DNA of 64,000 bases from an uncultured Clostridium sp. (GCA_946414595.1 CAMKPE010000003.1:6860-70859), one strand, 5' to 3'; shown: positions 9,990 through 19,838, numbered from the stretch's first letter. A program made the numbers and translations. The notes: a model not told the origin generated them from the letters alone.

Positions 9990-10895
9990 CTATACTTTTT
10001 TATTTGCTATTACAATTTCATCATTTATTTCATTTATTACTTTTCTTTGTAAATCAGTTTTATATAATAAATCTTCTATTGGATATCCGATTGATTCTGC
10101 TATATCTGCAATTAAATATTCATGATTATAATTACTGTTCTTAACCATTTCTAAGAATGTTTGCATTGCGTCAACTTTAGATATATTATCTTTTACTTCT
10201 ATTAATTCAATTATTCCTCTTACTAATAAGTAAGCAGATACATAAGACTCTCTAAATGAACAAGGTTTATGTGGAATAAATTCTCTTTTACCAAATGTTC
10301 CATCTCGCTCTTGATCTATTAATTCTTTAGCACTTTTTATATCTTCTTCACTTAAATTCTTTAACAGTTCTTTATGTTCTGTGAAGTGATCTTCAAGACC
10401 TAAGATATATAAAGGTACTGTTTCAGCAAATCCTTCACCAAGAAAGGCAATATTTGAAAAGAATTGATGTTGAAATATATGTGCTATTTCATGAACGTTG
10501 TTAACATGTGATGCAAGTGATATTTCACCTGTATAATCTTCAGCAATGTTTTGGCTTATTCCATATGCTGAATTAAATCCATCTATGTCATAACATGGTA
10601 CTGGTTTACCACCACGTTTACCACCTCTAAAGTTTTCTGGTATTCTTAGCAAATCACCAAAGTTATTATCTGGAACAATATATAAATAAAATATAGGTTC
10701 TGCCTTACCAGGAAGAGTGATATTTAAACCTTTAATTAATTCATAATCATCTTTTAAATGTTGTATATAAGAATCATAAATGCCTTTATCAAATTTACTA
10801 GCTAAATCTCTATCTAATCTAATTCTTAATCCTTCGTTTACTATTCTTATACTCGAGTTGTTAATGTATTCTTTTAATAAATCTTTTTTATACAT
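9990..10895 (-). CDS. putative zinc metallopeptidase (HExxH)
   Basis: HEIAH followed ~19 aa later by GEGFAE (gluzincin-like third ligand); GAGGTGA SD. Confidence 0.5.
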   Translation of the reverse strand: MYKKDLLKEYINNSSIRIVNEGLRIRLDRDLASKFDKGIYDSYIQHLKDDYELIKGLNITLPGKAEPIFYLYIVPDNNFGDLLRIPENFRGGKRGGKPVPCYDIDGFNSAYGISQNIAEDYTGEISLASHVNNVHEIAHIFQHQFFSNIAFLGEGFAETVPLYILGLEDHFTEHKELLKNLSEEDIKSAKELIDQERDGTFGKREFIPHKPCSFRESYVSAYLLVRGIIELIEVKDNISKVDAMQTFLEMVKNSNYNHEYLIADIAESIGYPIEDLLYKTDLQRKVINEINDEIVIANKKV

Positions 10896-10983
10896 AAAAT
10901 CACCTCAATTTAATTATATCATATTAGTCTTTTTATTCTCTTGTTATTATGTTAGAATAATTATTAATTTTGGAAGTGATTAT

Positions 10984-11898
10984 ATGTATTTATCATTTTA
11001 TATGAATTTATTAGGATATAACAAAATACCTTATTTTCTTAAGAAGTATTTGAAAAGTCCAATACTTTTAAGACTAAAGAAAGTTGGATATTTTTGTGGT
11101 ATGGATTATGCTTCAAAGGACATCTATGATTTTAGAGAATACATCAGTAGATATGATCATTCTCTTACTGTAGCATTACTAACTTATAGATTTACTAAAA
11201 GTAAGAAAGAAACGTTGTCAGCTTTGTTCCATGATTGTGCAACTCCATGTTTTTCACATGTTATTGATTATATGAATAAAGATTATGAAAAACAGGAAAG
11301 TACTGAAGAATTTACTGGTAAGATTATTCTTGGAGATAAATATTTAAGAAAATGCTTAAAGAAAGATAGAATAGACATTAATTCTATTATTGATTTTAAA
11401 AGTTATCCTGTAGTAGATAACAATAGACCTAAGGTGTGTGCAGATAGAATAGATGGAGTTATCTTAACTGCTATTGGATGGACTAAAAACATAACGCAAG
11501 AAGGTATATATGAAATAGTTAATGACTTATGTTTATTAACAAATGAAGATAAAGAAGCTGAAATAAGCTTTAGAACTAAGGAAATAGCAGAAAAAGTACT
11601 AGATTTTAGTGAAACAATAGATGTATATTGTCATTCTAATGAAGATAATTACATGATGGATTTACTTGCGAATATTGCAAAAACAGCAATAGACGACAAA
11701 TTATTTGCATACGAAGACTTATATTATTTAAATGAAGAAGAAATATTTAATATTTTAGAAAATAGTGGAAATAATACTATTAAGAAGTTATTAGAAAAGT
11801 TTAAGACAATAAAGAAAAAAGAAGTTCCAAATATAGAACTTCCTCATATTAAAAAAAGGGCTCTAAACCCTTTAGTTTTGGGGAAAAGAATTAAGTGA
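10984..11898 (+). CDS. HD superfamily phosphohydrolase
   Basis: SRYDHSLTVA, LFHDCATPCFSH and ADRIDG motifs. Start moved to ATG 10984 (GGAAGTGA SD) because the longer ORF overlaps the divergent gene. Confidence 0.6.
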   Translation: MYLSFYMNLLGYNKIPYFLKKYLKSPILLRLKKVGYFCGMDYASKDIYDFREYISRYDHSLTVALLTYRFTKSKKETLSALFHDCATPCFSHVIDYMNKDYEKQESTEEFTGKIILGDKYLRKCLKKDRIDINSIIDFKSYPVVDNNRPKVCADRIDGVILTAIGWTKNITQEGIYEIVNDLCLLTNEDKEAEISFRTKEIAEKVLDFSETIDVYCHSNEDNYMMDLLANIAKTAIDDKLFAYEDLYYLNEEEIFNILENSGNNTIKKLLEKFKTIKKKEVPNIELPHIKKRALNPLVLGKRIK

Positions 11899-11999
11899 AG
11901 TTAATTCTTTTTTAATTTAATTTGCATTTTTTTAAAAATTATATTACAATAGAAAACGTCGCTGCCGATGATTGGGAGCACATAAGGAGAGCAAATATT

Positions 12000-13073
12000 A
12001 TGAAACAAGAAATATCAGTGTCGCCCACCTTGGGTAATACTAAAGTAAAAAGAATGAATTTATATTCTAGCGTATTCTTTGCATTAGCAATGTGTACGTT
12101 AGTAGGATATCAACAATATGATAAGATTCATAGAGAGAATATCTTTGATTCGTTATCTATGGTGTTTAACGAAGTTGAAGCAATAGAGTATGGAAGTACT
12201 GACTATGACACTAAATCTTTTGTTAAAAACATAGAATATGGAACACTTGTTGATTATCCTGATGAAATAGACACGTCAGTTGTTGGGGTTAGAGATTTAA
12301 CTTACAAACTAAGAGAAGAAGATGTAGTTAAGGAGTTTGTAATAAGCGTTGAAGTAAGCGATACTAAATTGCCAGAAATTAAATTCAACAAAGATACAAT
12401 TACAGTTTATGTTGGAAATAATTATGATGTTAAATCAAATATTAAGTCAGTTACTGATGAAGTAGATGGAAACTTAAAATATGTAACTTCAGTTCCAACA
12501 GAAGACATAGGATACTACACAATAAGTACTAACTATAACAAGAATAGAGCAGGTACTTACAGCGTTGAAGTAAAAGCAGTAGACAAAAACGAAAATGAAA
12601 CAACAGCCAAATATACTTTAAAAGTAATTAATAGACCACAACCAAGAGTAACTTATACATATACTCAAACTAGTAATTACAATGGTCCATCAAGTGTTGA
12701 TAGATCATCAGTAGTTAATGCAGCTAAGTCACTTCTTGGTAGTAGATATCGTTATGGTGGAGCAAGTCCACAAACTGGATTTGACTGTAGTGGTTTTGTA
12801 CAATACATTTATAGTTTATTTGGAAAAAGTTTAGCAAGAAATACTGTAGGAATATCATATAATGGAAAAGCTGTTTCAAGAGCAAACATGCAACCAGGTG
12901 ATATCATCGTATGGTCAACATTATCAAGTAACAGTCCAACACATGTTGCTATCTACATTGGTGGAGATACAATGATACATGCAGCTAATTCAAGATTAGG
13001 TGTTATACAAAGTAGTGTATCTTACTGGGAAAGCCATGGTGGAGGACACATAGTTACAATAAGAAGAGTATAG
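12000..13073 (+). CDS. NlpC/P60 family cell-wall hydrolase
   Basis: C-terminal catalytic core (GFDCSGFVQYIY, THVAIYIG, MIHA); N-terminal TM segment and an Ig-like middle region; AAGGAGA SD before ATG 12000. Confidence 0.8.
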   Translation: MKQEISVSPTLGNTKVKRMNLYSSVFFALAMCTLVGYQQYDKIHRENIFDSLSMVFNEVEAIEYGSTDYDTKSFVKNIEYGTLVDYPDEIDTSVVGVRDLTYKLREEDVVKEFVISVEVSDTKLPEIKFNKDTITVYVGNNYDVKSNIKSVTDEVDGNLKYVTSVPTEDIGYYTISTNYNKNRAGTYSVEVKAVDKNENETTAKYTLKVINRPQPRVTYTYTQTSNYNGPSSVDRSSVVNAAKSLLGSRYRYGGASPQTGFDCSGFVQYIYSLFGKSLARNTVGISYNGKAVSRANMQPGDIIVWSTLSSNSPTHVAIYIGGDTMIHAANSRLGVIQSSVSYWESHGGGHIVTIRRV

Positions 13074-13127
13074 AAATCTACGTTGTAGGTTTCTTTCTTT
13101 TATAATATAATTATTGTGGTGATTAAA

Positions 13128-13646
13128 ATGAAAAAATATATGTGGATAATAATAGCTTCTTTATTAGTATTATTATCGGTTTTAGGATTAATACTATTTT
13201 TTAATAATAAAAAAGCAAGTACTAGTTATGACTATGAAATGATTTCAGGTAAATCGTTTGTATTAAAAGATAACTCTTATATAGTATTTAATGAAGACAA
13301 AACATTTATTTGGTATAAGACTAAAGAAGATTTGGAAGATAATTACTATAAAGGAAAATATACAGTATATAGAGGAGAAAATGCTATAAAGTATATAACT
13401 AATGATCTATCTATTTATACAGTATCTGAACAAGAACAAAGAGCTTTTTTAGATAATAATAAAGATATAAACATAGATATGTATTTTAATATCAACTTAA
13501 TTAATAAAGAACAAGTAATCAATAAAGAAAAAGAAAAAATAGATAGAGAGAATCACTTCTATGGATATTCAAATAGTGAATATAATTATTTCACTTTAAT
13601 AAGTATGGATACATCTAATTATGCATATTTAACACTAGATAAATAG
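13128..13646 (+). CDS. membrane-anchored hypothetical protein
   Basis: N-terminal TM helix (WIIIASLLVLLSVLGLILFF); GGTGA SD before ATG 13128. Confidence 0.55.
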   Translation: MKKYMWIIIASLLVLLSVLGLILFFNNKKASTSYDYEMISGKSFVLKDNSYIVFNEDKTFIWYKTKEDLEDNYYKGKYTVYRGENAIKYITNDLSIYTVSEQEQRAFLDNNKDINIDMYFNINLINKEQVINKEKEKIDRENHFYGYSNSEYNYFTLISMDTSNYAYLTLDK

Positions 13647-13763
13647 ACTTTGAAAAAAGTCTTTTTTTATGTAAAATTATTGTCTTTTTATAAAAAATTA
13701 ATTATTTATAATAAAAATATGATAAAATTAACATAGGAAAATAGGCTAAAAGGAGGATTAAGT

Positions 13764-14381
13764 ATGAAGACTGATAGTATTCTAAGAATCTTAGAGAGTC
13801 TTTATGGGAAAAAAGAAGAATTTTCACCAGAAGAACTTAGTAGAATAGAAACACTAACTATTAATCGTATTAATCCTGATAAGACTTTAGCTAGTGTAGA
13901 TTTTTCTGATTTACTTAATTTTAAGAATTTAAAGAAACTAATACTTGATGGTATTACTATTGATATTAATACAATGGCTTATATAAGCACTGTAGCTGGA
14001 CTTCATAGCTTATACTTATATAACTGTGAGATAGTTGAAGATATTTATGGTTTCTTTGCTAATTCTAAGATTAAAGATTTAAAAGTATGTAATACAAACT
14101 TTGATTTAGATTCATTAACTGGATATTACGAATATCTAACATTACAAGGAGTAACATTAAAGAAATTCAAACCACATGTTGAAGTATTAAATATTGTTAA
14201 TTGCAAAGTAGATGATTATGAAAGTTTAGTTGATTATAACTATGAAGAGTTAGTGGTATCAATTGAACAATATGATTCTTATGAAGAAGGATTTAATAAT
14301 AGTGGTAGAAGAGTAGTTGTAATGGAAGATAATGGTCAATTCCCATATAAGAAAGTAGGTTTTGCATATGGCGAGATTTGA
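13764..14381 (+). CDS. leucine-rich-repeat-like protein
   Basis: Repeated L..L..L.L..C/N.I pattern (LKKLILDGITI, LHSLYLYNCEI, IKDLKVCNTNF, LTLQGVTL); AAGGAGG SD. Confidence 0.5.
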   Translation: MKTDSILRILESLYGKKEEFSPEELSRIETLTINRINPDKTLASVDFSDLLNFKNLKKLILDGITIDINTMAYISTVAGLHSLYLYNCEIVEDIYGFFANSKIKDLKVCNTNFDLDSLTGYYEYLTLQGVTLKKFKPHVEVLNIVNCKVDDYESLVDYNYEELVVSIEQYDSYEEGFNNSGRRVVVMEDNGQFPYKKVGFAYGEI

Positions 14382-15753
14382 TAGAGTAGATACTTCTAAA
14401 ATAGAATTACTAAATAGAAAGAAATGTTTCTTAGTAAGAGGAACACTTACATTAGATGATGTTAATAATTTAAATGGATTAAAAAGAAAAGTTGTATTAT
14501 TATTTGAAAATACAAAAGGACAAAGTAGTGATGTTATTGGATACTTAAATCCTGATGTTATACGTTTAAGTATAATAGGAGGATTAGATTATCTACATAA
14601 AAGTAAATTTAATAATAAAGATTATGTAAGAAGAACAATACATAATCCTAAAGATATAGCAAATATAATGAAATCTATTGAGATGGTTGAAAGAAAAGTT
14701 ATGTTTTCTTGGACTGAATCTCAAAAGTGTATGTTTGTATATAAAACATTATGTGAATCTTTAAAAGGAGTAACAAATAGAGAAAAGAAAGTTCAAAATG
14801 GAGTTAACTATTTAGATTCTTTAATGTGCCTTTTATATGGCGAATCATCATGTGAAGGAGCATCATTAACATTTAAAGAATTCATGGATAGATTTGGAAT
14901 AGAATGTAATTATCAACTACTTGATAATGTTCATGCGTTTAACACTGTTAAACTAGATGGTGAATATCATGGAGTAGATCTTTATTGGGATATGTTAAAC
15001 AAAGATGAGAAAAATAAATGTGGATTTAATTATTTTGCACGTGAAGATGGTAATACTTTCTATAGTAATAAGTATCATGATTTATCAAATGATAAAGATG
15101 AGATTAGATATCCAGTAGTAGCTATTAGTGATGAACAATTACAAAGTGACTTAACAATGTTAAGTTCTAATAGAAAAGAATTTAGTCATGAGATGAGTAG
15201 ATTTACTAATGCTCAAGGAGAAGTATTTGATTATACTTACTTAGGTGAAAGTGGAGGATTCTCTGCGTTCATTGTTAGAAATGATGACAATATAAATTAT
15301 TTCTATATTGAAAAGAATGATGATATAACTGCTAAGCTAGATAATAAGACATTAAGTGAAGCATGTTTTAACAAACATAATTTAAGTGCTACTGAATTAC
15401 CAAGAGACATAAAAAGATTTTCTAGATTTATTAGAGAAGATGGAACAAACTTTATTGTGTGTCCAACTGGAAAAATAGTAGATGATAGAATAGTAGAATA
15501 TACAATGCTTGAACCACAAGAAATTGATGGTAAGAAAGTATTAAGAAAATCTATTATATTAACAGAATGTGATTTAATCTTTAACAAGAATCCTGACTTT
15601 AGAAGTATAGTAGCAAATCACTTATTATCAGTTCAAAGACTTGATAGTAGAATTAAAAACTATGGTGGTTATGTAGGATTTGTTAAAGATGATACAAAGA
15701 AACTTTTCGAAAGAAAAGAAGAAAAAGAATATAATATGCAAAAGGTTGCATAA
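14368..15753 (+). CDS. transglutaminase-like cysteine protease domain protein
   Basis: SSCEGASLTFKEFMDRFGIE ... HAFNTVKLDGEYHGVDLYWD is arranged like the Cys-His-Asp transglutaminase core; overlaps the upstream LRR gene by 14 nt. Confidence 0.5.
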   Translation: MARFDRVDTSKIELLNRKKCFLVRGTLTLDDVNNLNGLKRKVVLLFENTKGQSSDVIGYLNPDVIRLSIIGGLDYLHKSKFNNKDYVRRTIHNPKDIANIMKSIEMVERKVMFSWTESQKCMFVYKTLCESLKGVTNREKKVQNGVNYLDSLMCLLYGESSCEGASLTFKEFMDRFGIECNYQLLDNVHAFNTVKLDGEYHGVDLYWDMLNKDEKNKCGFNYFAREDGNTFYSNKYHDLSNDKDEIRYPVVAISDEQLQSDLTMLSSNRKEFSHEMSRFTNAQGEVFDYTYLGESGGFSAFIVRNDDNINYFYIEKNDDITAKLDNKTLSEACFNKHNLSATELPRDIKRFSRFIREDGTNFIVCPTGKIVDDRIVEYTMLEPQEIDGKKVLRKSIILTECDLIFNKNPDFRSIVANHLLSVQRLDSRIKNYGGYVGFVKDDTKKLFERKEEKEYNMQKVA

Positions 15754-15815
15754 ATAATTGAATTATTAAGAAGTTATTTTGTAATCAAAATAACTTTTTA
15801 TATCGGGGTGAATTA

Positions 15816-17459
15816 ATGAAAGGGAAATTTAAAACTGAATTAAAAACAGTACTAAAAGTAGCAAAATGGGAATTTGTATTAAAGACATTTACCTCTATTA
15901 TGATAAGAGGAATTCTATTAATAATTCCTATACTTTTTAGTTCTGCAATAAATTATATTACTAATAAAGATACTTATATGACTGTAGTAATGTTAGTTAT
16001 TTCGATAATACTTGCAGGTATATATAGATTCTTTGAAGGATATAACCAGGTTGCATATTATAAGCTTTATAATAAGCTATTTGCATTCTATAATGATGAA
16101 GCTATAAGCTTAACAAAAGATAACTCCATGTTTAGCTTATCTAGGTTTTCACCTGGGCAATATACTAATATGGTAATAACTGATGTTGATATAATATCTA
16201 CGTTCTTTGCATCAGGAGTAATAAGAGTTATTCAAATGATTGAGTTTGCAGTAATCTTTGTATACTTCTATTTCTTAGATATTTATATCTTTGCATTCTC
16301 GCTTATCGTTACAATTGTAATGTTAATGATTTCATTAAGATTAGGTAAGAAAGTACAAAAGTTAAATGAGAAGAGAAAGTCTCAATTAGATAAAGTAACT
16401 TCATCTGTATATGATTACTTTGGTGGAATAAAAGAGATTAAAAGTTTTAGTATATTCGATAAGATATATCCTAAGATGGAAGAAAGTCGAAAAGATTATT
16501 TGAATGCTAATGCTAAATATAATGTTAGATTTAATGCTAATAACCATGCAATATTATTTGTGTTTGAATTATTTAGATTATTAGCAGTTATCTACATTGG
16601 ATTAAGAGCAATAGAAGGACATGCTGATGTTGGTATAGTATTAGTAATCTATAACTATTATCAAAAGATTATTGATAACTGTTCAATTGTATTAACATTA
16701 AATGTTGAATATAGAAATGTTAATGTATCATTACAACGATTTGATAAGATTAGAGAATACAGTAGTCATGTTAATGGAACAGAAGAATTAGATAAAGATA
16801 CTGTTAAAGGAAGTATTGAATTTAACAATGTATTATATGGGTTTAGAGATAATCCAATACTTAATCATATAAGTTTTAAAATACCAGAGAATTCTATAAC
16901 TGTATTTTCAGGAAGTAATGAAACAGTACAAGTAGGTATATTTGATTTATTACAAAGACTTAATAGACAACATGAAGGAACAATTACACTTGATGGAATA
17001 GAAATAAAAGATATTAAAGATACAAACTATTTCTCTTTAATATCATCAGTAAGAAGACAAACAATGTTCTTTGATATTCCAATTAAAGAAAACTTTACTA
17101 TGATTAATCCTGATTTTGATAAAGTAGTAGAAATTTGTAAGATGGTTGGATTAGATGAAGAAATAATGAAACTTGAAAAAGGATATGACACTATAGTAGA
17201 TGAAAATACTCAGTTAACAATGTCATCTAAAAAACTACTTGTTATTGTTCGTATGCTTTTAAAAGAAAGCAAAGTATTATTAATCGATGATGTTATTAAT
17301 GTATTAGAAGAAAAACATGAAAAGAGATTAATGGATGTATTAATGGAACTTAAAAAAGATCATACAATTATAATTGTTACTCATTCAAAAAGAATTATTG
17401 ATAGAGCAGATTTAGTTTTAGATATTTCATCAAATGCCGTTAATGAAGTTGGGAAGTGA
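15816..17459 (+). CDS. ABC exporter-type fused permease/NBD with degenerate ATPase motifs
   Basis: N-terminal multi-TM exporter domain; C-terminal NBD fold with Walker A FSGSNETVQVG, signature LTMSSKK and Walker B VLLIDDV, all non-canonical. Confidence 0.7.
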   Translation: MKGKFKTELKTVLKVAKWEFVLKTFTSIMIRGILLIIPILFSSAINYITNKDTYMTVVMLVISIILAGIYRFFEGYNQVAYYKLYNKLFAFYNDEAISLTKDNSMFSLSRFSPGQYTNMVITDVDIISTFFASGVIRVIQMIEFAVIFVYFYFLDIYIFAFSLIVTIVMLMISLRLGKKVQKLNEKRKSQLDKVTSSVYDYFGGIKEIKSFSIFDKIYPKMEESRKDYLNANAKYNVRFNANNHAILFVFELFRLLAVIYIGLRAIEGHADVGIVLVIYNYYQKIIDNCSIVLTLNVEYRNVNVSLQRFDKIREYSSHVNGTEELDKDTVKGSIEFNNVLYGFRDNPILNHISFKIPENSITVFSGSNETVQVGIFDLLQRLNRQHEGTITLDGIEIKDIKDTNYFSLISSVRRQTMFFDIPIKENFTMINPDFDKVVEICKMVGLDEEIMKLEKGYDTIVDENTQLTMSSKKLLVIVRMLLKESKVLLIDDVINVLEEKHEKRLMDVLMELKKDHTIIIVTHSKRIIDRADLVLDISSNAVNEVGK

Positions 17460-17847
17460 TATTATTAACAACAAGGATATCAATGTTTTGGTTTTAGCAT
17501 ATCTAGGTGATAATGTATATGAGTATTATGTTAGGAGATATTTGATAGAACAAAAAATATCTAACGTAGATTCATTACAAAAGACTGCAGTTAACTATGT
17601 AAGTGCAAAAAATCAGGCAACATTTTTAGAAAAACTTATTAATGATAATTATTTTGATGAAGAAGAATTATCAATTATAAAAAGAGCAAGAAATAATAAA
17701 GGGCATGGACATCCTAAGAATTGTGACATAGTAACATATAAACATGCAACAGCACTTGAAGCTTTAATCGGATATTTAAAACTTGAAGGAAGAGAAGATA
17801 GAATTAAAAGTATTATGGAATTAATACTAGGAGGGAACTTATGCTAG
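17434..17847 (+). CDS. mrnC: mini-ribonuclease 3
   Basis: LAYLGDNVYEYYVR and ATALEALIGYL RNase III-like motifs in a ~135-aa protein; conserved position upstream of rlmB. Exact start uncertain. Confidence 0.8.
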   Translation: MPLMKLGSDIINNKDINVLVLAYLGDNVYEYYVRRYLIEQKISNVDSLQKTAVNYVSAKNQATFLEKLINDNYFDEEELSIIKRARNNKGHGHPKNCDIVTYKHATALEALIGYLKLEGREDRIKSIMELILGGNLC

Positions 17848-18539
17848 TATATGGAAGAAATGTAGCTAAAGAAGTTTTACAAAAACCTGAAAAAGTTAAG
17901 AAAGTAAAAATACAAAAGAACTTTGATGATAAAGAAATAAAATCTTTAATAGAAAAATATAAAATTAAAACAGAAGTATTAGATAAAAAAGATTTTGCTA
18001 AGTTTGATAAATTTTCTCATCAAGGTATAATCCTTGACATAGAGGATTTTAGCTATGCTGATTATAAAGATTTTCTTGATGTAGAAAATGCTAAGATAGT
18101 TATCCTAGATCATATTGAGGATCCACATAATTTAGGAGCTATTATTAGAACTTGTGAAGCTGCTGGTATAACTGGCATTATTATTCCAAAAGATAGAAGC
18201 GTTGATGTTAATTCAACAGTTATGAAAACAAGTGCAGGTGCACTAGAAAATATTAAACTAGCTAAAGTTACTAATTTGATTAATGTTATAAATGAATTAA
18301 AAGAAAATGGTTTCTGGATAGTAGGTACTGCCTTAACAGGAAGTGTAGATTATCGTGATATCGACTATACAGGTAAAATAGCATTAATTATTGGTAATGA
18401 AGGTAAAGGTGTTTCTAAAGCAGTTATGGAAGAATGCGATTACTTGGCTAAAATCCCTATGTATGGAAAAATAAATAGTCTAAACGCATCTGTAGCAGCA
18501 GGAATAATGATCTATGAGGTGATTAGTTTAGACAAGTAG
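17841..18539 (+). CDS. rlmB: 23S rRNA 2'-O-methyltransferase, SpoU/TrmH family (RlmB/YacO-like)
   Basis: LDHIEDPHNLGAIIRT, LIIGNEGKGVS and IPMYGKINSLNASVAAGI motifs; GGAGGG SD. Confidence 0.8.
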   Translation: MLVYGRNVAKEVLQKPEKVKKVKIQKNFDDKEIKSLIEKYKIKTEVLDKKDFAKFDKFSHQGIILDIEDFSYADYKDFLDVENAKIVILDHIEDPHNLGAIIRTCEAAGITGIIIPKDRSVDVNSTVMKTSAGALENIKLAKVTNLINVINELKENGFWIVGTALTGSVDYRDIDYTGKIALIIGNEGKGVSKAVMEECDYLAKIPMYGKINSLNASVAAGIMIYEVISLDK

Positions 18540-18550
18540 GGGGATTTTAC

Positions 18551-19162
18551 TTGGACTATAAAGAATTAAACGATTACGAACTTGTATATCAAATAAGAGA
18601 AAATGATTCAGTAGCATACAACTTACTAATGAATAAATATTCAAAATTAGTAACTAAGTATGCAAGACAATATTACTTAAGAAATAAAAATGTAGGAATA
18701 GAAGTAGATGATTTATATCAAGAAGGTATGATGGGAGTAATCATGGCTTTAAATGATTATAATTCTAGTGATACTATTTTCTATACTTATGCACTTTTAT
18801 GTATAAGAAGAGAAATGGAAAGACTAGTTAAAACATCTAAAAGAAAGAAACAAACAGTTCTAAATGAATGTTTATCATTAAACTCTAAAATAGGAGATGA
18901 AGATGATGTCTTTTTAGAAGATTTAGTCGCATCTGATTATAATATTGAAGAAGATTTTAAATGTAGAGAATTGATTAGATTTCTTTATAATTTAAAATAT
19001 TATTTGAATGATAAAGATTCATTAATATATGAATTAAAACTTAACTATTTTACAAATAAAGAGATAGGACAGCTTTTAGATATGCCATATAAATATGTCG
19101 ACAATAGATTAAGAATAATTAGGAAAAGATTAAAGCAACGTATTTTATCTTTTTGTAGATAG
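18551..19162 (+). CDS. sigH: sigma-70 family sigma factor, SigH-like
   Basis: Region 2 (DDLYQEGMMGV) and region 4 HTH (FTNKEIGQLLDMPYKYVDNRLRIIRKRL); mrnC-rlmB-sigH order as in Bacillus; TTG start after GGGGGA SD. Confidence 0.6.
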   Translation: MDYKELNDYELVYQIRENDSVAYNLLMNKYSKLVTKYARQYYLRNKNVGIEVDDLYQEGMMGVIMALNDYNSSDTIFYTYALLCIRREMERLVKTSKRKKQTVLNECLSLNSKIGDEDDVFLEDLVASDYNIEEDFKCRELIRFLYNLKYYLNDKDSLIYELKLNYFTNKEIGQLLDMPYKYVDNRLRIIRKRLKQRILSFCR

Positions 19163-19187
19163 TGATAAAATGAAAATAGGTGATGAT

Positions 19188-19838
19188 ATGGAAAAGTTAA
19201 ATGATTATTTTTTATATGATTATGATGGTAGTGGTTTATCAAACGTATTTGATTCACTTTCAGAACGTTTAAAAGAAATTCATGCTTATAATCAATATGT
19301 TCCAAATATATCTAGTGATACAATTACTTATGATGGTAATGTATTCTCGTTTACTGGAATACAAGAGTCACGTAATATGGATTATGATAAAAGAAAAAAC
19401 ATAACATCACTTGCTAAATTAATACTTGGAAGTTATTTATCTGTTGCAAACGGATTTAAAGACTTTTCTCAAGTAGATGATAATTGGTTTATTCAAAATA
19501 TTGATGATATATGTTCAACAATTACAGATGATGACTTTAATTCTGATTATTTCCACGCTGTATTTGGTGAAGGAAGTAATGAGTATTATACTGATTTCTT
19601 AGATAGAAAGAGTCAAACAGAAGCATTAAGCGGTAGAGAAAATGTTAACTCATATAGAAAAGTATTGAGCAATGGGGCAAGTGCTTTTTATGCTCCTGAA
19701 ACAGAAGGTAGCGAATATACTCCTGATTACACAGTAGAAAAGAAATCTGCTAATGTAACACAAATATTCTATCCATTATTAATCGGCCTATCACTTGGTA
19801 CTGTAATGGTAATGTATTTTATATTTAAATATCTTTAA
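19188..19838 (+). CDS. C-terminally membrane-anchored hypothetical protein
   Basis: AGGTGAT SD before ATG 19188; single C-terminal TM (IFYPLLIGLSLGTVMVMYFIF); directly follows the sigma factor gene. Confidence 0.5.
   Translation: MEKLNDYFLYDYDGSGLSNVFDSLSERLKEIHAYNQYVPNISSDTITYDGNVFSFTGIQESRNMDYDKRKNITSLAKLILGSYLSVANGFKDFSQVDDNWFIQNIDDICSTITDDDFNSDYFHAVFGEGSNEYYTDFLDRKSQTEALSGRENVNSYRKVLSNGASAFYAPETEGSEYTPDYTVEKKSANVTQIFYPLLIGLSLGTVMVMYFIFKYL

Noticed and set aside
11899-11999. Cyclic-di-AMP (ydaO-type) riboswitch upstream of the NlpC/P60 gene
   Set aside because: The leader after the putative TTGCAT-17-TACAAT promoter is only ~45 nt. It contains just one imperfect GC-rich hairpin (GCTGCC..GGGAGC), far too short for that riboswitch class.
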